64,000 bases of DNA. Source: an uncultured virus (IMG/VR IMGVR_UViG_3300033153_007854) (Duplodnaviria > Heunggongvirae > Uroviricota > Caudoviricetes). The stretch is taken from IMG/VR virus record IMGVR_UViG_3300033153_007854; one strand, given 5' to 3'. Under the pieces are notes generated by a model. It was not told where the DNA came from and did no database searches. It saw only the letters and a list, made by a program, of their open reading frames with translations. Below are positions 34,354 through 44,584 of the stretch, one piece after another (position 1 is the first letter of the stretch; every line of letters begins with the position of its first letter). The position numbers were made by a program, and so were the translations under genes.

Positions 34354-34793
34354 ATAAATTAAGAGGCGTGTGACCAACCTGAAGGGGTCCACCCTCATAT
34401 CATAAGGTGCTAACTTCAGGTCAGGCCAAAAGAGTCCTCTGTCGCACAGAAGCCGAAACAACGAAACACGGTGACGATATGTTGAAAACAACCCCGGCAC
34501 AACAAGGAGCCCTTCTAGCAGGCAATTATTGGTGTTTCCACCAATGAATTCCTAGTATGGATAAAGGAACTCCCGGCGAGATAACGCTTACCCTCGACAG
34601 GGCGTTTCGTAAACGCCGAGGGCATTCGTCTATCCCATTGTGCCAGTTTCATGTTCCTCATCTCCGAGGTATTCTGTGGTATGTCGTGGGGGTTTAAAAA
34701 GATTTCGACAGTCATGCAAACTGTCTTCATCTCGCCTTAAACGTCACTCTCTTTCTTCTTCCAGTATCATGGTCTTTAACGTAAAATGTGACG

Positions 34794-35255
34794 CTACGGT
34801 GTTTCTTCATCATTTATGACCGCCACCCTGAACTTCCCCCCACTGGCTATCCATTCTTGTAGGATTTCCTTTGAGAGTTCGTCGTAGTAGGTTTCCCGCT
34901 CTACGACTATCTCTTGAATCCCCGCCTCTATGAGTTCCAGCATACAGTCTTTGCATGGGACACCCATAGCGGAGTAAAGAATAGCCCCATGGGTGCATCC
35001 GCTACCTATTGCTGTGACCAATAAGACTTTTCGTTCTGCGTGAAGGGCTCGACAATCCGCATGACCCGCCCAGTCTTTCTTCGTTCTACGACAGCTCTCA
35101 CAGGGTTTTAGCGGAAGCGGTGGGCCGTTCCAGCCTGGGATAAGTCTCCCACTTCGTAGTTCGAGAACGCACCCCAAATGTTTCTTTTTACAAGTTGAAT
35201 TCTTGGAAGCGTTCCTGGCTATTGCCATCCGATTAGCATCAGTTCTCCCCGTCAT
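34794..35255 (-). CDS. dCMP deaminase family protein
   Basis: STCKKKHLGC...GWNGPP...LHAE...PCKDC...AGI. Confidence 0.88.
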   Translation of the reverse strand: MTGRTDANRMAIARNASKNSTCKKKHLGCVLELRSGRLIPGWNGPPLPLKPCESCRRTKKDWAGHADCRALHAERKVLLVTAIGSGCTHGAILYSAMGVPCKDCMLELIEAGIQEIVVERETYYDELSKEILQEWIASGGKFRVAVINDEETP

Positions 35256-35301
35256 GCTTTGGTATTATCTTTGGAGGTTTATATGAATTTCGGGTTGATT
35301 T

Positions 35302-35505
35302 TCAGCATCCTTTGGGCGGCGGGGAAACTTCGATAGACAAATCACAGACGAATAACCCTTGGTCATTCGCTACAACGGAGCAACCCGCCCCCGTCACTGT
35401 TGCATTAGGGCCTAATCCATCCTCAAATTCATTTCTGAAGCCGTATGCTTCATCCAAAGTTTTTCCTGAAACATGAACCCGGATTTGGGACGTTCCATTT
35501 GCCAT
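35302..35505 (-). CDS. Small hypothetical protein
   Basis: Class B promoter at 35526-35545. Confidence 0.65.
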   Translation of the reverse strand: MANGTSQIRVHVSGKTLDEAYGFRNEFEDGLGPNATVTGAGCSVVANDQGLFVCDLSIEVSPPPKGC

Positions 35506-35553
35506 GCTAATTGATTGATGTAGTTATATAAATACGTTTGTAATCAAAATCAA

Positions 35554-35683
35554 TGGTGCTCCCGAGGTGATGGCTTGCTTATCTTCTGGCATTTAGCAAG
35601 TCTGCCCTCTGGGTGCTTCACAAGATGCTTGGTAGCTATTCCCCAGATGCAGTTATCTTCTTCCTTGAACCTGCACCCGGAGC
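35554..35683 (-). ncRNA. Candidate cloverleaf-like ncRNA ending in ACCA
   Basis: GCTCC/GGAGC-ACCA closing stem and three internal hairpins. Confidence 0.5.
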
Positions 35684-35718
35684 AGTTCTTGGTCAGATAG
35701 ATGGGGAATCCGTCCCAT

Positions 35719-36132
35719 CTACTCAACTTGGGTGACCTCCCCCGTGGTACTGTTTATCTCAAAGGTCATTTTCGTTGTGAACCAACCGGGGTTAGGTTCG
35801 GCCTCGTAGATAACCTCGTACCAGTCCCAGAACCATGTATGAGAGTCCCAACCGCAATATTTCACGTTGTATGTCCCATTGACCTCCAGTTTCGACCACA
35901 CGTTCCGGTCTATGGCGTGTTGTCCCTTCATGTGTACGTTATCCACCTCGAAGACACGGCCATCCTCTGTGACGAGCATATAGAAGCTCTCATCGCCGTT
36001 GTTGTCTATGTACTTCTCCTTCACGGTCAGCGTGGTCGTTTCCGTATGATACCATGACGCCGATATTGATATTGCGGCGATTATCACCAGAGCCACCACG
36101 ATTATGATTCCGATAGTCTTTTTTTCCATCAT
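35719..36132 (-). CDS. Membrane-anchored OB-like protein (DUF1523-like)
   Basis: TM helix, then TVKEKY...YMLVTEDGRVFE...GTYNVKYCGW. Confidence 0.65.
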   Translation of the reverse strand: MMEKKTIGIIIVVALVIIAAISISASWYHTETTTLTVKEKYIDNNGDESFYMLVTEDGRVFEVDNVHMKGQHAIDRNVWSKLEVNGTYNVKYCGWDSHTWFWDWYEVIYEAEPNPGWFTTKMTFEINSTTGEVTQVE

Positions 36133-36162
36133 GTCACCGATGGTACTGTAGGTTCGGGGACT

Positions 36163-36513
36163 TTATATTGGTATCGTTCCGCTTTCGACATCGGCGATAA
36201 TTTCACTGATTTTATCGTGCATCTGCTTAATTAGTTCTCGCCGCTCCTTGAATGTCAAAGACTGAACAACCGAACCGCCGCCTGAGAATATAGCATAATG
36301 TACCCTTTCATCACCATTGACCAGGAATGTGAATGAAATATCCTTCCCGAGCTTTGTGTCGAACCTAACTTCTGAGAGGCTTTCGTCAACACATCGGATG
36401 CATATGTCTGCAAAACCCATCTCACGATTAGTGAGTTCGTAGGTGGGTGGAAACAGGCCACCCCATGTTCCCATCAATGCACCGCATCTCTGACAAAGGA
36501 CCGTGACGCTCAT
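36163..36513 (-). CDS. Hypothetical Zn-binding protein
   Basis: CQRCG...CIRC; class A promoter. Confidence 0.65.
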   Translation of the reverse strand: MSVTVLCQRCGALMGTWGGLFPPTYELTNREMGFADICIRCVDESLSEVRFDTKLGKDISFTFLVNGDERVHYAIFSGGGSVVQSLTFKERRELIKQMHDKISEIIADVESGTIPI

Positions 36514-36537
36514 GATAATGCTTAGGTATTGGGGACT

Positions 36538-37473
36538 TTATAAGGATTTCCTCATCTCGTATACTCTCTTAATGAGTTCCCCGTCACCCTTGATGAACGG
36601 GAAGACCCAGATGGCTTCTCCTTGCTTGTTCTTGTAATAGTCACTGGTTAGGTGTCTCCAATGTCCCCGGACCCAGAAGGCGTGTGATGGGGAACTTCTC
36701 TTAGTAATCGCCGCAACAGCATCTAAATAGCACTTTGTTTTTCCCGTTACTGTGATTTTCATTCTGGACGGCATGATGGGTTTTCCCTTCTTTATTCGCT
36801 TTTCATTTGATTCTGCCCTTGGTCTACGGGTGCGGACCTCGACATCGGGATGATTCAAATAATCCACAGAATTCCAGAACAATCGGTCCATATTCCTTAC
36901 CAGCACTCGATAGTTTTTCCTTGTTTTCACTTCTTCAAATGCGGGGTCATATTTGCATATATGGCCATGAGGTGAGTACGCTCTTATTTCGAGAAGTTGT
37001 CCGACATCTCTTTCTGATAGTGAGAATAATGCAACCTGTGGCATATAATCTACTTTATTTTCTTCAATATATTCTCTAACTTTATCCCTATATCGTCTAT
37101 CATTTTCAGATTCCGTTACAATGTGATATTCAACTGATGCCAGTCCACTGAGCCAATTGCCATTATATCCGAGCTTTAATGGCATATACATGAATCGGAA
37201 AGGGGTTGGTCTTGCAAAATGTTTATTATCCGTTAGGGAAAGCAATTTTAATATGTCAGGTCGAGGTGAGAAAGTATGGTATGAGCTGGATGTCGAAGAA
37301 GCGTCATTATATATCATCTGGGTAATCGCTTCTTCCGGTGTCTCTGCACTGAGGACTTCTTCTTCAAACCTCGGGTCATTAAAGCTCTTTTTCAATAATT
37401 TGGTTATGATGGCTAGGTTTTTAGCGGCCTCACCTGGATTCATGACCTCTACATGAATGTCGTCGGGGTTCAT
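36538..37473 (-). CDS. Hypothetical virus-type protein (HxxRGHWR...IWVxP motif)
   Basis: HAFWVRGHWRH...IWVFPFIKG. Confidence 0.75.
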   Translation of the reverse strand: MNPDDIHVEVMNPGEAAKNLAIITKLLKKSFNDPRFEEEVLSAETPEEAITQMIYNDASSTSSSYHTFSPRPDILKLLSLTDNKHFARPTPFRFMYMPLKLGYNGNWLSGLASVEYHIVTESENDRRYRDKVREYIEENKVDYMPQVALFSLSERDVGQLLEIRAYSPHGHICKYDPAFEEVKTRKNYRVLVRNMDRLFWNSVDYLNHPDVEVRTRRPRAESNEKRIKKGKPIMPSRMKITVTGKTKCYLDAVAAITKRSSPSHAFWVRGHWRHLTSDYYKNKQGEAIWVFPFIKGDGELIKRVYEMRKSL

Positions 37474-37520
37474 CGAATATAAGAAGAGGTTGCGGCTTTA
37501 TATGGGTTTCTGAGAATTGT

Positions 37521-37700
37521 TCAGGTGTATGGTAGAAAAGTCGAGTCGTTCTTGCTATCGGGCATGGGGTGGCTTCCGAACTCCTCCTCTTCACCTTCAT
37601 CCTCCATCATCATGGTGAGAATGAAATTCACAGCGTTACGCATATCTTTGACTTCTCGCTTGAGTTCTTTGACCTGCTTGAGTAGTTCCCCATCGCTCAT
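37521..37700 (-). CDS. 59-aa coiled-coil/acidic protein
   Basis: MSDGELLKQVKELKREVKDMRNAVNFILTMMM...; promoter at ~37720. Confidence 0.55.
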   Translation of the reverse strand: MSDGELLKQVKELKREVKDMRNAVNFILTMMMEDEGEEEEFGSHPMPDSKNDSTFLPYT

Positions 37701-37773
37701 AGGATTGGCTATGTCATGGTGGGTTTATATCCGTTTCTATAACTTCGAGAGGAAATGTAGTCAGATTGAGTCC

Positions 37774-38097
37774 TTATAGGTTAATAAGGGCCCCGAAGTA
37801 TATTATCGCCAATCCTATCCCCATGATGATTCCACCGCCGATGATTCCTTTGATTCCCAATGGTGGTAGAATCGGTATGAAGATGATTAGCCCGAGGAGG
37901 AAGAGGCCGAGGCCGAATAGAAGAATCCAGAATTCGGCGTACTCATAACTCACACGGGTTTCCTCAGCTTCACGCACTGAGGAATTGTATATGAGCATAC
38001 TCATAGATATGACGAGTATGACTAATAAGACCGCCATTACTGCGATAACCCTGTTGCTCGTCCTGCAATCGCATTTATCGCCCTTTTTTTCAGGCAT
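37774..38097 (-). CDS. Three-TM membrane protein
   Basis: Hydrophobic helices; operon with the next gene. Confidence 0.7.
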   Translation of the reverse strand: MPEKKGDKCDCRTSNRVIAVMAVLLVILVISMSMLIYNSSVREAEETRVSYEYAEFWILLFGLGLFLLGLIIFIPILPPLGIKGIIGGGIIMGIGLAIIYFGALINL

Positions 38098-38103
38098 CGT
38101 TGT

Positions 38104-38529
38104 CTACTCCGGTGTCTTGGGCTTCTTCTCGCAGATTATGGGGGCTGTCTTGCAGATTTCCGGGTTGACGGCCTCTATCGCCCTGAGATGTACGATGGCG
38201 GCAACGATGCAGAAGATTGTCACCGGAATCAGGATGATTGTGAGTATGTAGATGAGGCTCCCGAAGGCACTGACAATCCAGAATGCGACGAGAAGATATA
38301 CGGCAAGCCTACTCCGCTTCCATGCAAAGAATAGAATGACGGCGAACAGGAGGGTCAGGAGAGCCAGCCCGAATACGAAGACCCAGAGGACCATACCGAA
38401 AGGTATGCCAACTATTGTGACGTTCAGTAACAGTCCGAGAACAAAGCCCAGTATCATGACTCCTACTGATGCGATGATTGCGAAAACGTCCATCACTAGG
38501 GCCATCTTGAATGCGGTTTCCGACTTCAT
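38104..38529 (-). CDS. Multi-pass membrane protein
   Basis: Class B promoter at 38558-38576. Confidence 0.75.
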   Translation of the reverse strand: MKSETAFKMALVMDVFAIIASVGVMILGFVLGLLLNVTIVGIPFGMVLWVFVFGLALLTLLFAVILFFAWKRSRLAVYLLVAFWIVSAFGSLIYILTIILIPVTIFCIVAAIVHLRAIEAVNPEICKTAPIICEKKPKTPE

Positions 38530-38633
38530 GTTATCAAATCTCCAATTTCATAGAAGGTATATATATGTTTGTAATCAATTATGGCATCGAAGGTCTTATA
38601 AAGCCCCAAATGTCTTTATTAATTGGTGACACG

Positions 38634-38993
38634 ATGGAAATGATAGGTCTATTAATCCTGGGGCATTTGGTCGGCGACTATCTGTTTCAGAACAAGCGCA
38701 TGGCTGAGGCAAAAGGTTTTTTCACCCTAAGTGGCTGGTTCTGGTGCGGCCTGCATTCGGCAATCTATTCCATGACCATCTGTTTCTTCTTGTGGAATTT
38801 CAATCCCTGGCTGTTCGTGCTGATATTCCTAACACACTTTCCGATAGACAAGTTTTCAGTAGCCAGTTGGCTTTTCAAGTTGAAATATCGTGAGAGGGTC
38901 GATTTCGATAAGCCAGGACATCTCTTCATCTATGCGGCCAACGATAATGCGCTTCATCTACTGTTGATGTGGGCTGTCGTGGTGGTGATGTAA
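38634..38993 (+). CDS. DUF3307-like membrane protein
   Basis: GHLVGDYLFQ...HSAIY...HFPID...DNALH; GGTGACACGATG start. Confidence 0.8.
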   Translation: MEMIGLLILGHLVGDYLFQNKRMAEAKGFFTLSGWFWCGLHSAIYSMTICFFLWNFNPWLFVLIFLTHFPIDKFSVASWLFKLKYRERVDFDKPGHLFIYAANDNALHLLLMWAVVVVM

Positions 38994-39475
38994 TGAAGAC
39001 AGCAATCTTTCCAGGGACTTTCGACCCATTTACAATCGGACATTTGCATTTGCTTGAGTTCGGTCTTCAGATGTTCGATGAGGTCGTCATCGCTATCTTG
39101 GCCAATCCGGGTAAGAAGTCCCGATTCTACATCAAGGACCGTGTTTCTATGATTTCCGCCGTCATTGAGAAGAACAATTGGCAGAACGTAGAAATCCATG
39201 TAAGCAACAAATTGCTCGTGGAAGTGGCCGAGCAATATGGAGCTGATGCCATACTCCGTGGCGTTCGTGGTGCTGAAGACTGCATGATAGAGATTGAAAT
39301 GGCCCGTGTGAATGCATTACTTAAGCCCGGTTTGAAGACCGTCCTAATCCCTGCTGATATATCTATCATCAATGTCAGCTCATCCCTTGTACGACTTCTA
39401 CTTAAGGCAAAGAGATATGCTGATGCTACAGCTCTTGTCCCCACTCCCGTGCGTCCCTACCTCAAAATGGGGTGA
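38993..39475 (+). CDS. coaD: Phosphopantetheine adenylyltransferase, bacterial type
   Basis: MKTAIFPGTFDPFTIGH...NPGKKSRF...ILRGVR...VSSSLVR. Confidence 0.88.
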   Translation: MKTAIFPGTFDPFTIGHLHLLEFGLQMFDEVVIAILANPGKKSRFYIKDRVSMISAVIEKNNWQNVEIHVSNKLLVEVAEQYGADAILRGVRGAEDCMIEIEMARVNALLKPGLKTVLIPADISIINVSSSLVRLLLKAKRYADATALVPTPVRPYLKMG

Positions 39476-39600
39476 TGGGCCGCCAGGGTGATGGGAGGAC
39501 GATATGGCCCCGGCGACCCTGCCTTTGGAACCGTTGAGAGGGTTGTCGTAGGACCGCCCACCCCAGGCGATTGGTTATCCCATGCCGTCCTGTGTAGTTA

Positions 39601-41418
39601 TTAGCGTTTGCAGACTTTATTCCTGCCATCCCAAGTTCCGCCGTTCCTCTCGCACTTTGCTTTGGGGTCTTTGGTCGCAGGAACGCAGGCTTCGTTGGCT
39701 TGGTCGAAGTATTCACCCTCGGGGCACATCATTGCGTCAGCCTTCGACTTCTTGAGGAACCAGTATATCAGGAATATGACGATAAAGACGGCGATTACGG
39801 CGACGACTAGGATGACCCAACCGTATGTGCCTAATGAGGCTAGGATGCCCTCTGATGGGGCCCTCGTCCCGGCCTCGGCGATGTCGAGGTCTGGTACGGA
39901 GTCGTACAGAAGTACGCCATCTCCGGCCCCTGTGAAGCCTTCCTCGTGGAACTTCACATACAGGGAGAAGGTGGCGGGGTTCGTAACCGTAGCGTCGATG
40001 GAAATCGCCTGGAGGATGACGCTTATCCCTGCGAAATCCCTCAATTGATGAGTGAACCATTCGGCTACCTCGAAGTCTTCCTCGCCGAATATCTGTATCG
40101 CACCGGAACCGTTTGAATACAAGACGTACTTCATGTCTCCGTAAGCGTGAGTGGAGTCGTATACGAGGATGCTGTCAACCGAGATGCGGAATCTGTAATC
40201 GTCGAGTGCGGAATGCAGAATCTTAGTGCCAATGATGCATCTGAGCCCATTGTTATCCATGATTGCTGTTCGTGAGGAGCCATTGATGAGTGTGTCGGAC
40301 CTGTTCTCGCCGATTGCGAAATATTCAACCGCCACAGGCTCGCTCGTGGTCCATTGGAAGTTATCTTCCAACTCGCCCGTCACACGCTCTGTGAATATCA
40401 GGCTTGCATACCAGTTCTCTTCGCCGTCCTCCACTACATGGTCCGTCGGCGTTGAGATGCTCTCATAGTCCCAGTTATCGAATGTGTTCGCTACTGAGGC
40501 GGTGATGTTGATGTCCGCATCCACGAAGACGTTGTTGCGGGCCGTCATTATCGAGTAGACCGTCAGGTTCAGGTCTTCCGCCAGGTAACTCCTGTTCTCA
40601 TAATCCGAGGCGTTCATCAGGAACTCCGTGTGGTTGATGTCTAGGTACATCCATGGAATCTCGATGATTGCGGTGTAGTTGTCCACGGACCAGTTCAAAA
40701 GTGCATAATCGGTTGCGTCTTCCGGGTCAGTGACGATTTCGCCAGTGGCGTTGTGAGAGGCGTACACGATGGCATATATCGTCGTGGTGCTGTCTTCCTC
40801 GGCGTAATCCATGAAGTCCAGGTAGAGGCCGGACTCGTTCTCGAAGAAGAAAAGCTCCATGTGGTAGTTCACGCCAAATGTGAAGTTCTCTGTCTGCCTC
40901 GTAACTGGTAGGAAGAAGCCAGCATCAGCGTATGTGGTCATGGTGATGACGTAGTTCTCCGTCACGTTATCGGCAAAGACCCGCACTCTCTTGATGTCGA
41001 TGTCCTGGGCGGTGACATTGTATTCGTAGTTAGCCCACTTGTAGTGCAGGTTGTCCTCGTCACTGGCGTTGTTCTCGTTGGTGCGGGAGTCTTCCACCTG
41101 GATATAATTCACATCATCATAGCTATCAATGAGAGACTGGTTGGCAAATAGGGTAGTGTTCTCAAGTGCGTCCAGGGTGAGGTTGGCAGGGTCTTCGAAG
41201 TCCGTGGTGTTGGCGATGTCCTGGTCATCTATTCCGCTGAGTGTGTCATTGTAGTCCTCGTCTAGCGTGTCGTTCACGAAATCGTCGGTCCAGTCGAAGT
41301 CATGGAATTCTTCTTGGGTTTCGGCGGCGATTCCGTCTTCGATACAGCCAGTTAATGCAACAATCATCAGCAACAGTACGGCCAGGATGCTAAATATCTT
41401 CTTGAGCATGGAGTTCAC
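39601..41418 (-). CDS. Acidic surface (lipo)protein with C-terminal TM and tandem Cys tags
   Basis: ALTGC lipobox, many N-x-S/T sequons; tail CPEGEYFDQANEAC...CERNGGTWDGRNKVC; class B promoter. Confidence 0.8.
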   Translation of the reverse strand: MNSMLKKIFSILAVLLLMIVALTGCIEDGIAAETQEEFHDFDWTDDFVNDTLDEDYNDTLSGIDDQDIANTTDFEDPANLTLDALENTTLFANQSLIDSYDDVNYIQVEDSRTNENNASDEDNLHYKWANYEYNVTAQDIDIKRVRVFADNVTENYVITMTTYADAGFFLPVTRQTENFTFGVNYHMELFFFENESGLYLDFMDYAEEDSTTTIYAIVYASHNATGEIVTDPEDATDYALLNWSVDNYTAIIEIPWMYLDINHTEFLMNASDYENRSYLAEDLNLTVYSIMTARNNVFVDADINITASVANTFDNWDYESISTPTDHVVEDGEENWYASLIFTERVTGELEDNFQWTTSEPVAVEYFAIGENRSDTLINGSSRTAIMDNNGLRCIIGTKILHSALDDYRFRISVDSILVYDSTHAYGDMKYVLYSNGSGAIQIFGEEDFEVAEWFTHQLRDFAGISVILQAISIDATVTNPATFSLYVKFHEEGFTGAGDGVLLYDSVPDLDIAEAGTRAPSEGILASLGTYGWVILVVAVIAVFIVIFLIYWFLKKSKADAMMCPEGEYFDQANEACVPATKDPKAKCERNGGTWDGRNKVCKR

Positions 41419-41452
41419 TCCTTGTAATATATTTATGCGAAGATTTTAGAAT

Positions 41453-41472
41453 GTATAAATAGGTTTGTAATC
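41453..41472 (-). promoter_or_regulatory. Class B promoter exemplar: G(A/G)TTACAAAC-N-TAT(A/T)TATA (about 18 copies)
   Basis: Also at 1810, 2262, 7474, 7872, 14566, 18955, 21378, 22032, 22386, 26844, 35526, 38558, 44542(+), 60177, 62695. Confidence 0.85.
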
Positions 41473-41501
41473 AATTCGAAGGAGTTCTCGTATCGCTTCA
41501 T

Positions 41502-41927
41502 CTATGCTGGAGGCTTTGGAGTTGTAGCCCCACAGTCCCGACATTTTATCTCGGTGAACACATCATTGACCTTCTCGCCAGTGTGTTCAACTTCATTCGA
41601 CCCGCACTCTCCACATATGCTTTTCTTTACCATGTCGTCTGGCTTTGGTTCTTCTGACACTTCCCCAGGAGGTATCTGTGACTGGTCTGGCTTATCGAGT
41701 ATATGGTCTGAATAGCTAATGCTCATGCCATCTTTGTGAACCACAGCACCATCGAGGCCAGCCATGTGTTCAATTATCCTATTAAGAGGACAACACTCGA
41801 TACAATTCATCCCATGGTTGTCGTTCTTGTGGGGGCATTTTTTACACAACTCCTTTCTCTTAGCGTTCAGTTCTCCGAGTGCATACTGTTGAAATTCATA
41901 TCTGTTCATCTTCAATCCTCCTGTCAT
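41502..41927 (-). CDS. Cys-rich hypothetical protein
   Basis: Multiple CxxC motifs. Confidence 0.65.
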   Translation of the reverse strand: MTGGLKMNRYEFQQYALGELNAKRKELCKKCPHKNDNHGMNCIECCPLNRIIEHMAGLDGAVVHKDGMSISYSDHILDKPDQSQIPPGEVSEEPKPDDMVKKSICGECGSNEVEHTGEKVNDVFTEIKCRDCGATTPKPPA

Positions 41928-42243
41928 CTTCCCTCGTTGACTGTGCTTCGATTTCTTTATATTCCCATAACTGATGACCGTTTACCCAGAACTGGTAAGT
42001 GTGGTTTATCTTGATGTTGTGATTGATGCCGACAAGTTGAAACACGGTTCCATCATCTAACTGGATAGTTGTTCGGTCTTGCCAATGGTAATCCAGCTCC
42101 ATGTCCATCACCATACCCTCATATGTAGGACACCCACTCATTTCGTCTTCGGCCTCATCAAATATTATGAATATTCCAGCGAACCATAGAATACCGCACA
42201 ATACAATACCTATCAATATAGGGGTTATATCATCCATCTTCAA
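41896..42243 (-). CDS. Single-TM hypothetical protein
   Basis: Operon packing. Confidence 0.65.
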   Translation of the reverse strand: MKMDDITPILIGIVLCGILWFAGIFIIFDEAEDEMSGCPTYEGMVMDMELDYHWQDRTTIQLDDGTVFQLVGINHNIKINHTYQFWVNGHQLWEYKEIEAQSTREDDRRIEDEQI

Positions 42244-42527
42244 TCCTCCTTCTTGTTCATACTGGGTTGGTTTCTGACCATGACTTCGTTAGCGTATCTC
42301 ATGTAATCTTGAATCTGCGTTGCCCTGCGGGAAATCTCACGTTCTATATATTTTAAGAACTCCTTAGAATCAAATGTCGGATTAACACACTCGCAGAATA
42401 GGCATTTCCCCCTCTTGGGTGGTTGAGTGGTATCGTGAGTTATCTTCCCCGTCGTGCTATCACAGTGATACTCCTGATGGTCTTCCATCCCATGCCCACA
42501 AATACATAATTCGTGCTTGATTACCAT
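42240..42527 (-). CDS. Cys/His-rich hypothetical protein
   Basis: CICGH...H...CLFCEC. Confidence 0.65.
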   Translation of the reverse strand: MVIKHELCICGHGMEDHQEYHCDSTTGKITHDTTQPPKRGKCLFCECVNPTFDSKEFLKYIEREISRRATQIQDYMRYANEVMVRNQPSMNKKED

Positions 42528-43076
42528 CTATCCACGCTCCTTAATGTCGCCTTTGCTCGCAGACCTCGCTTTATCGGACACGCTCCGAAACATTCTGAGT
42601 TCAATATCGCCATTCAGATAGAGAGGATGCTTTGGTCGTCCAGTCTTATTGTGTCCAAGGCAATAAACCTCGCCAAGAATGTTCAACACTTCCATGTCAC
42701 GCCCGAGCAGTTCACCATCATTTCCCCAGCACACCACGACCTTTTCAACCTGATGAAGTGACGCCTGAATCCACCAATCGTTATCTGGCCCTACCGGGTC
42801 TTTAACAGTTCGAAGCCGTTCTCGCTTTGTGGAGCGGTAGGCGAATAGATTGAGCATGACCAGGCCGCCGAATCCCCAGCTTTGTGCGAACGAGATGCAA
42901 CGCTTGATTGTTGGGTCGTCTACGACTTCATCGGCAGTGCTGGGGTTAAGACCCACAAAAGCCACCAATGGCTTTTCCGAGTCCCATACTCGCTCCAGGG
43001 TGTATCTGTAGAGCTTGTCCTTGCTGAAAGTCGCAGAGGCCGCCTTAGCCCCTCCGAGAAGTGTCTGAGGGTTCAT
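42528..43076 (-). CDS. DUF1643 family protein
   Basis: YRYTLERVW...FVGLNPSTAD...DDPTIKRC...NLFAYRST...PKHPLY. Confidence 0.88.
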   Translation of the reverse strand: MNPQTLLGGAKAASATFSKDKLYRYTLERVWDSEKPLVAFVGLNPSTADEVVDDPTIKRCISFAQSWGFGGLVMLNLFAYRSTKRERLRTVKDPVGPDNDWWIQASLHQVEKVVVCWGNDGELLGRDMEVLNILGEVYCLGHNKTGRPKHPLYLNGDIELRMFRSVSDKARSASKGDIKERG

Positions 43077-43116
43077 CGTACCTCATAAAACGTTTGGGAC
43101 TTTAAGTGCTTTTGGT

Positions 43117-44496
43117 TCATTCGAATAATTCTTTCCATGTGACCTTTTTACTGTAGTCCCTTGGTGGTTTGATGTCTATTATGACTGGAACCGTGTCCGT
43201 GACCTTGATTATTTGTTTTCCCTTCTTGGCAAACACGCCTTTGTCTGTTATCATGAATGAGCCTCCTTTTGTCTTGGCCTTGGTCAGCTCTGGGATGATG
43301 TTTGGCTCCATAGTGATTATCCACCGACGACCATCTTTCAGTTTCCAGGCGAACCCGCCATAAACCGAGAAAGAGTATTTCTCCCCAGAGTAATATGTCT
43401 CTTTGAGATTGTCGCTGTATGCATTCTGGATGTCGTTCTCTTGAAATTCACAGAAGCCGATGTCGCCAGGATATTTATCAATGAGCTTGAGAACTTTTAG
43501 GTCGGTGGTGTTCCTCGCTAACAGGAAGTGGATTTCTGCTACCTTTCCTGCCTTGAATCTCAATGCACGACCTATCATTTGGATTAGGTAGTCTTCCGTG
43601 AGTGCTGTGGAGATGATGACGACGGCATCAGTATCCACATCATCGAAGCCCATCTTGAGCATATTCACTGATGACATTACCTTGATGTTTCCCTTCTTGT
43701 AATCATCCATACCCTCGATGTTCTCGTAATGGCACACTCCGCACCCGACCCCCTGGCTTTGGAGCTTTGCCCGAACCGTATTCGCCTGCTCTACCCTCCT
43801 GCTGATAAGCAATATTTTACGACCTTTGGAAATGAGCGTTTTTATTATTTCCATAGATTTGTCGATTCTGTTCACAGCGGAGTAGACTACTCCCCTCCTC
43901 TTGTATAAAATGGCTTTCTTGATTTGCTGGAGTTCTTTTTCTGGTATGTCGCCATTGTTCCTGCACAACGATTTGAGTTGTCCCGTAAGTTCTTCATATT
44001 CGTGTCTCTCGACTGAATTTAACGAGATGCCGTGGAAATGAAGCCCGAATGGGCAGACCTTTGCTTCATCGTAGTCAATTTCGATGAATGGTTCACCACA
44101 ATACTCGATAGATAGGTTGTTTGGCGTTGCGCTGAGTCCGAGAATCATCTTGTACTTGACCTTCTCGTATAGGGTCTTGAACACAGGTGATACGGACAGA
44201 TGGCACTCGTCCACAATTAGGATGTCGGTTTCGTACTCGATGTCCTTTGTTCCAACATCATAGAACGTCCTTACATCCCAGTATGGGATGTCCGAGTCGG
44301 GCAGTATTGCTTTCCATTGGTTCTGCAACGTCACAGAATTCGTTAGTATAAGGGCTGATTGGACCCCTTTTGATTCGGCAATGCCAATTGCTGATAATGT
44401 CTTCCCTGCCCCCGTAACGGCCTTGATGATGCCTTTACCATCATATTTTTCAATGGCATCCAATTGCCATTCGTAGCCTTCGCCGCCTATTTCCAT
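43117..44496 (-). CDS. Superfamily 2 helicase (XPB/Rad25/ResIII-like)
   Basis: TGAGKT, DECH, LGLSAT, QMIGRALR. Confidence 0.88.
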   Translation of the reverse strand: MEIGGEGYEWQLDAIEKYDGKGIIKAVTGAGKTLSAIGIAESKGVQSALILTNSVTLQNQWKAILPDSDIPYWDVRTFYDVGTKDIEYETDILIVDECHLSVSPVFKTLYEKVKYKMILGLSATPNNLSIEYCGEPFIEIDYDEAKVCPFGLHFHGISLNSVERHEYEELTGQLKSLCRNNGDIPEKELQQIKKAILYKRRGVVYSAVNRIDKSMEIIKTLISKGRKILLISRRVEQANTVRAKLQSQGVGCGVCHYENIEGMDDYKKGNIKVMSSVNMLKMGFDDVDTDAVVIISTALTEDYLIQMIGRALRFKAGKVAEIHFLLARNTTDLKVLKLIDKYPGDIGFCEFQENDIQNAYSDNLKETYYSGEKYSFSVYGGFAWKLKDGRRWIITMEPNIIPELTKAKTKGGSFMITDKGVFAKKGKQIIKVTDTVPVIIDIKPPRDYSKKVTWKELFE

Positions 44497-44584
44497 CGTG
44501 TCACCGAATAACCATAGGGTTTGGGGCTATAAATAGATTTTTGGTTATAAACATATTTATACTTCCTCGGTAATTTTGAGTTGC

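Noticed and set aside
34360..34730. Possible ncRNA or 71-aa ORF upstream of tRNA-Leu(GAG)
   Set aside because: A few hairpins and a weak ORF; the evidence is insufficient for either call.
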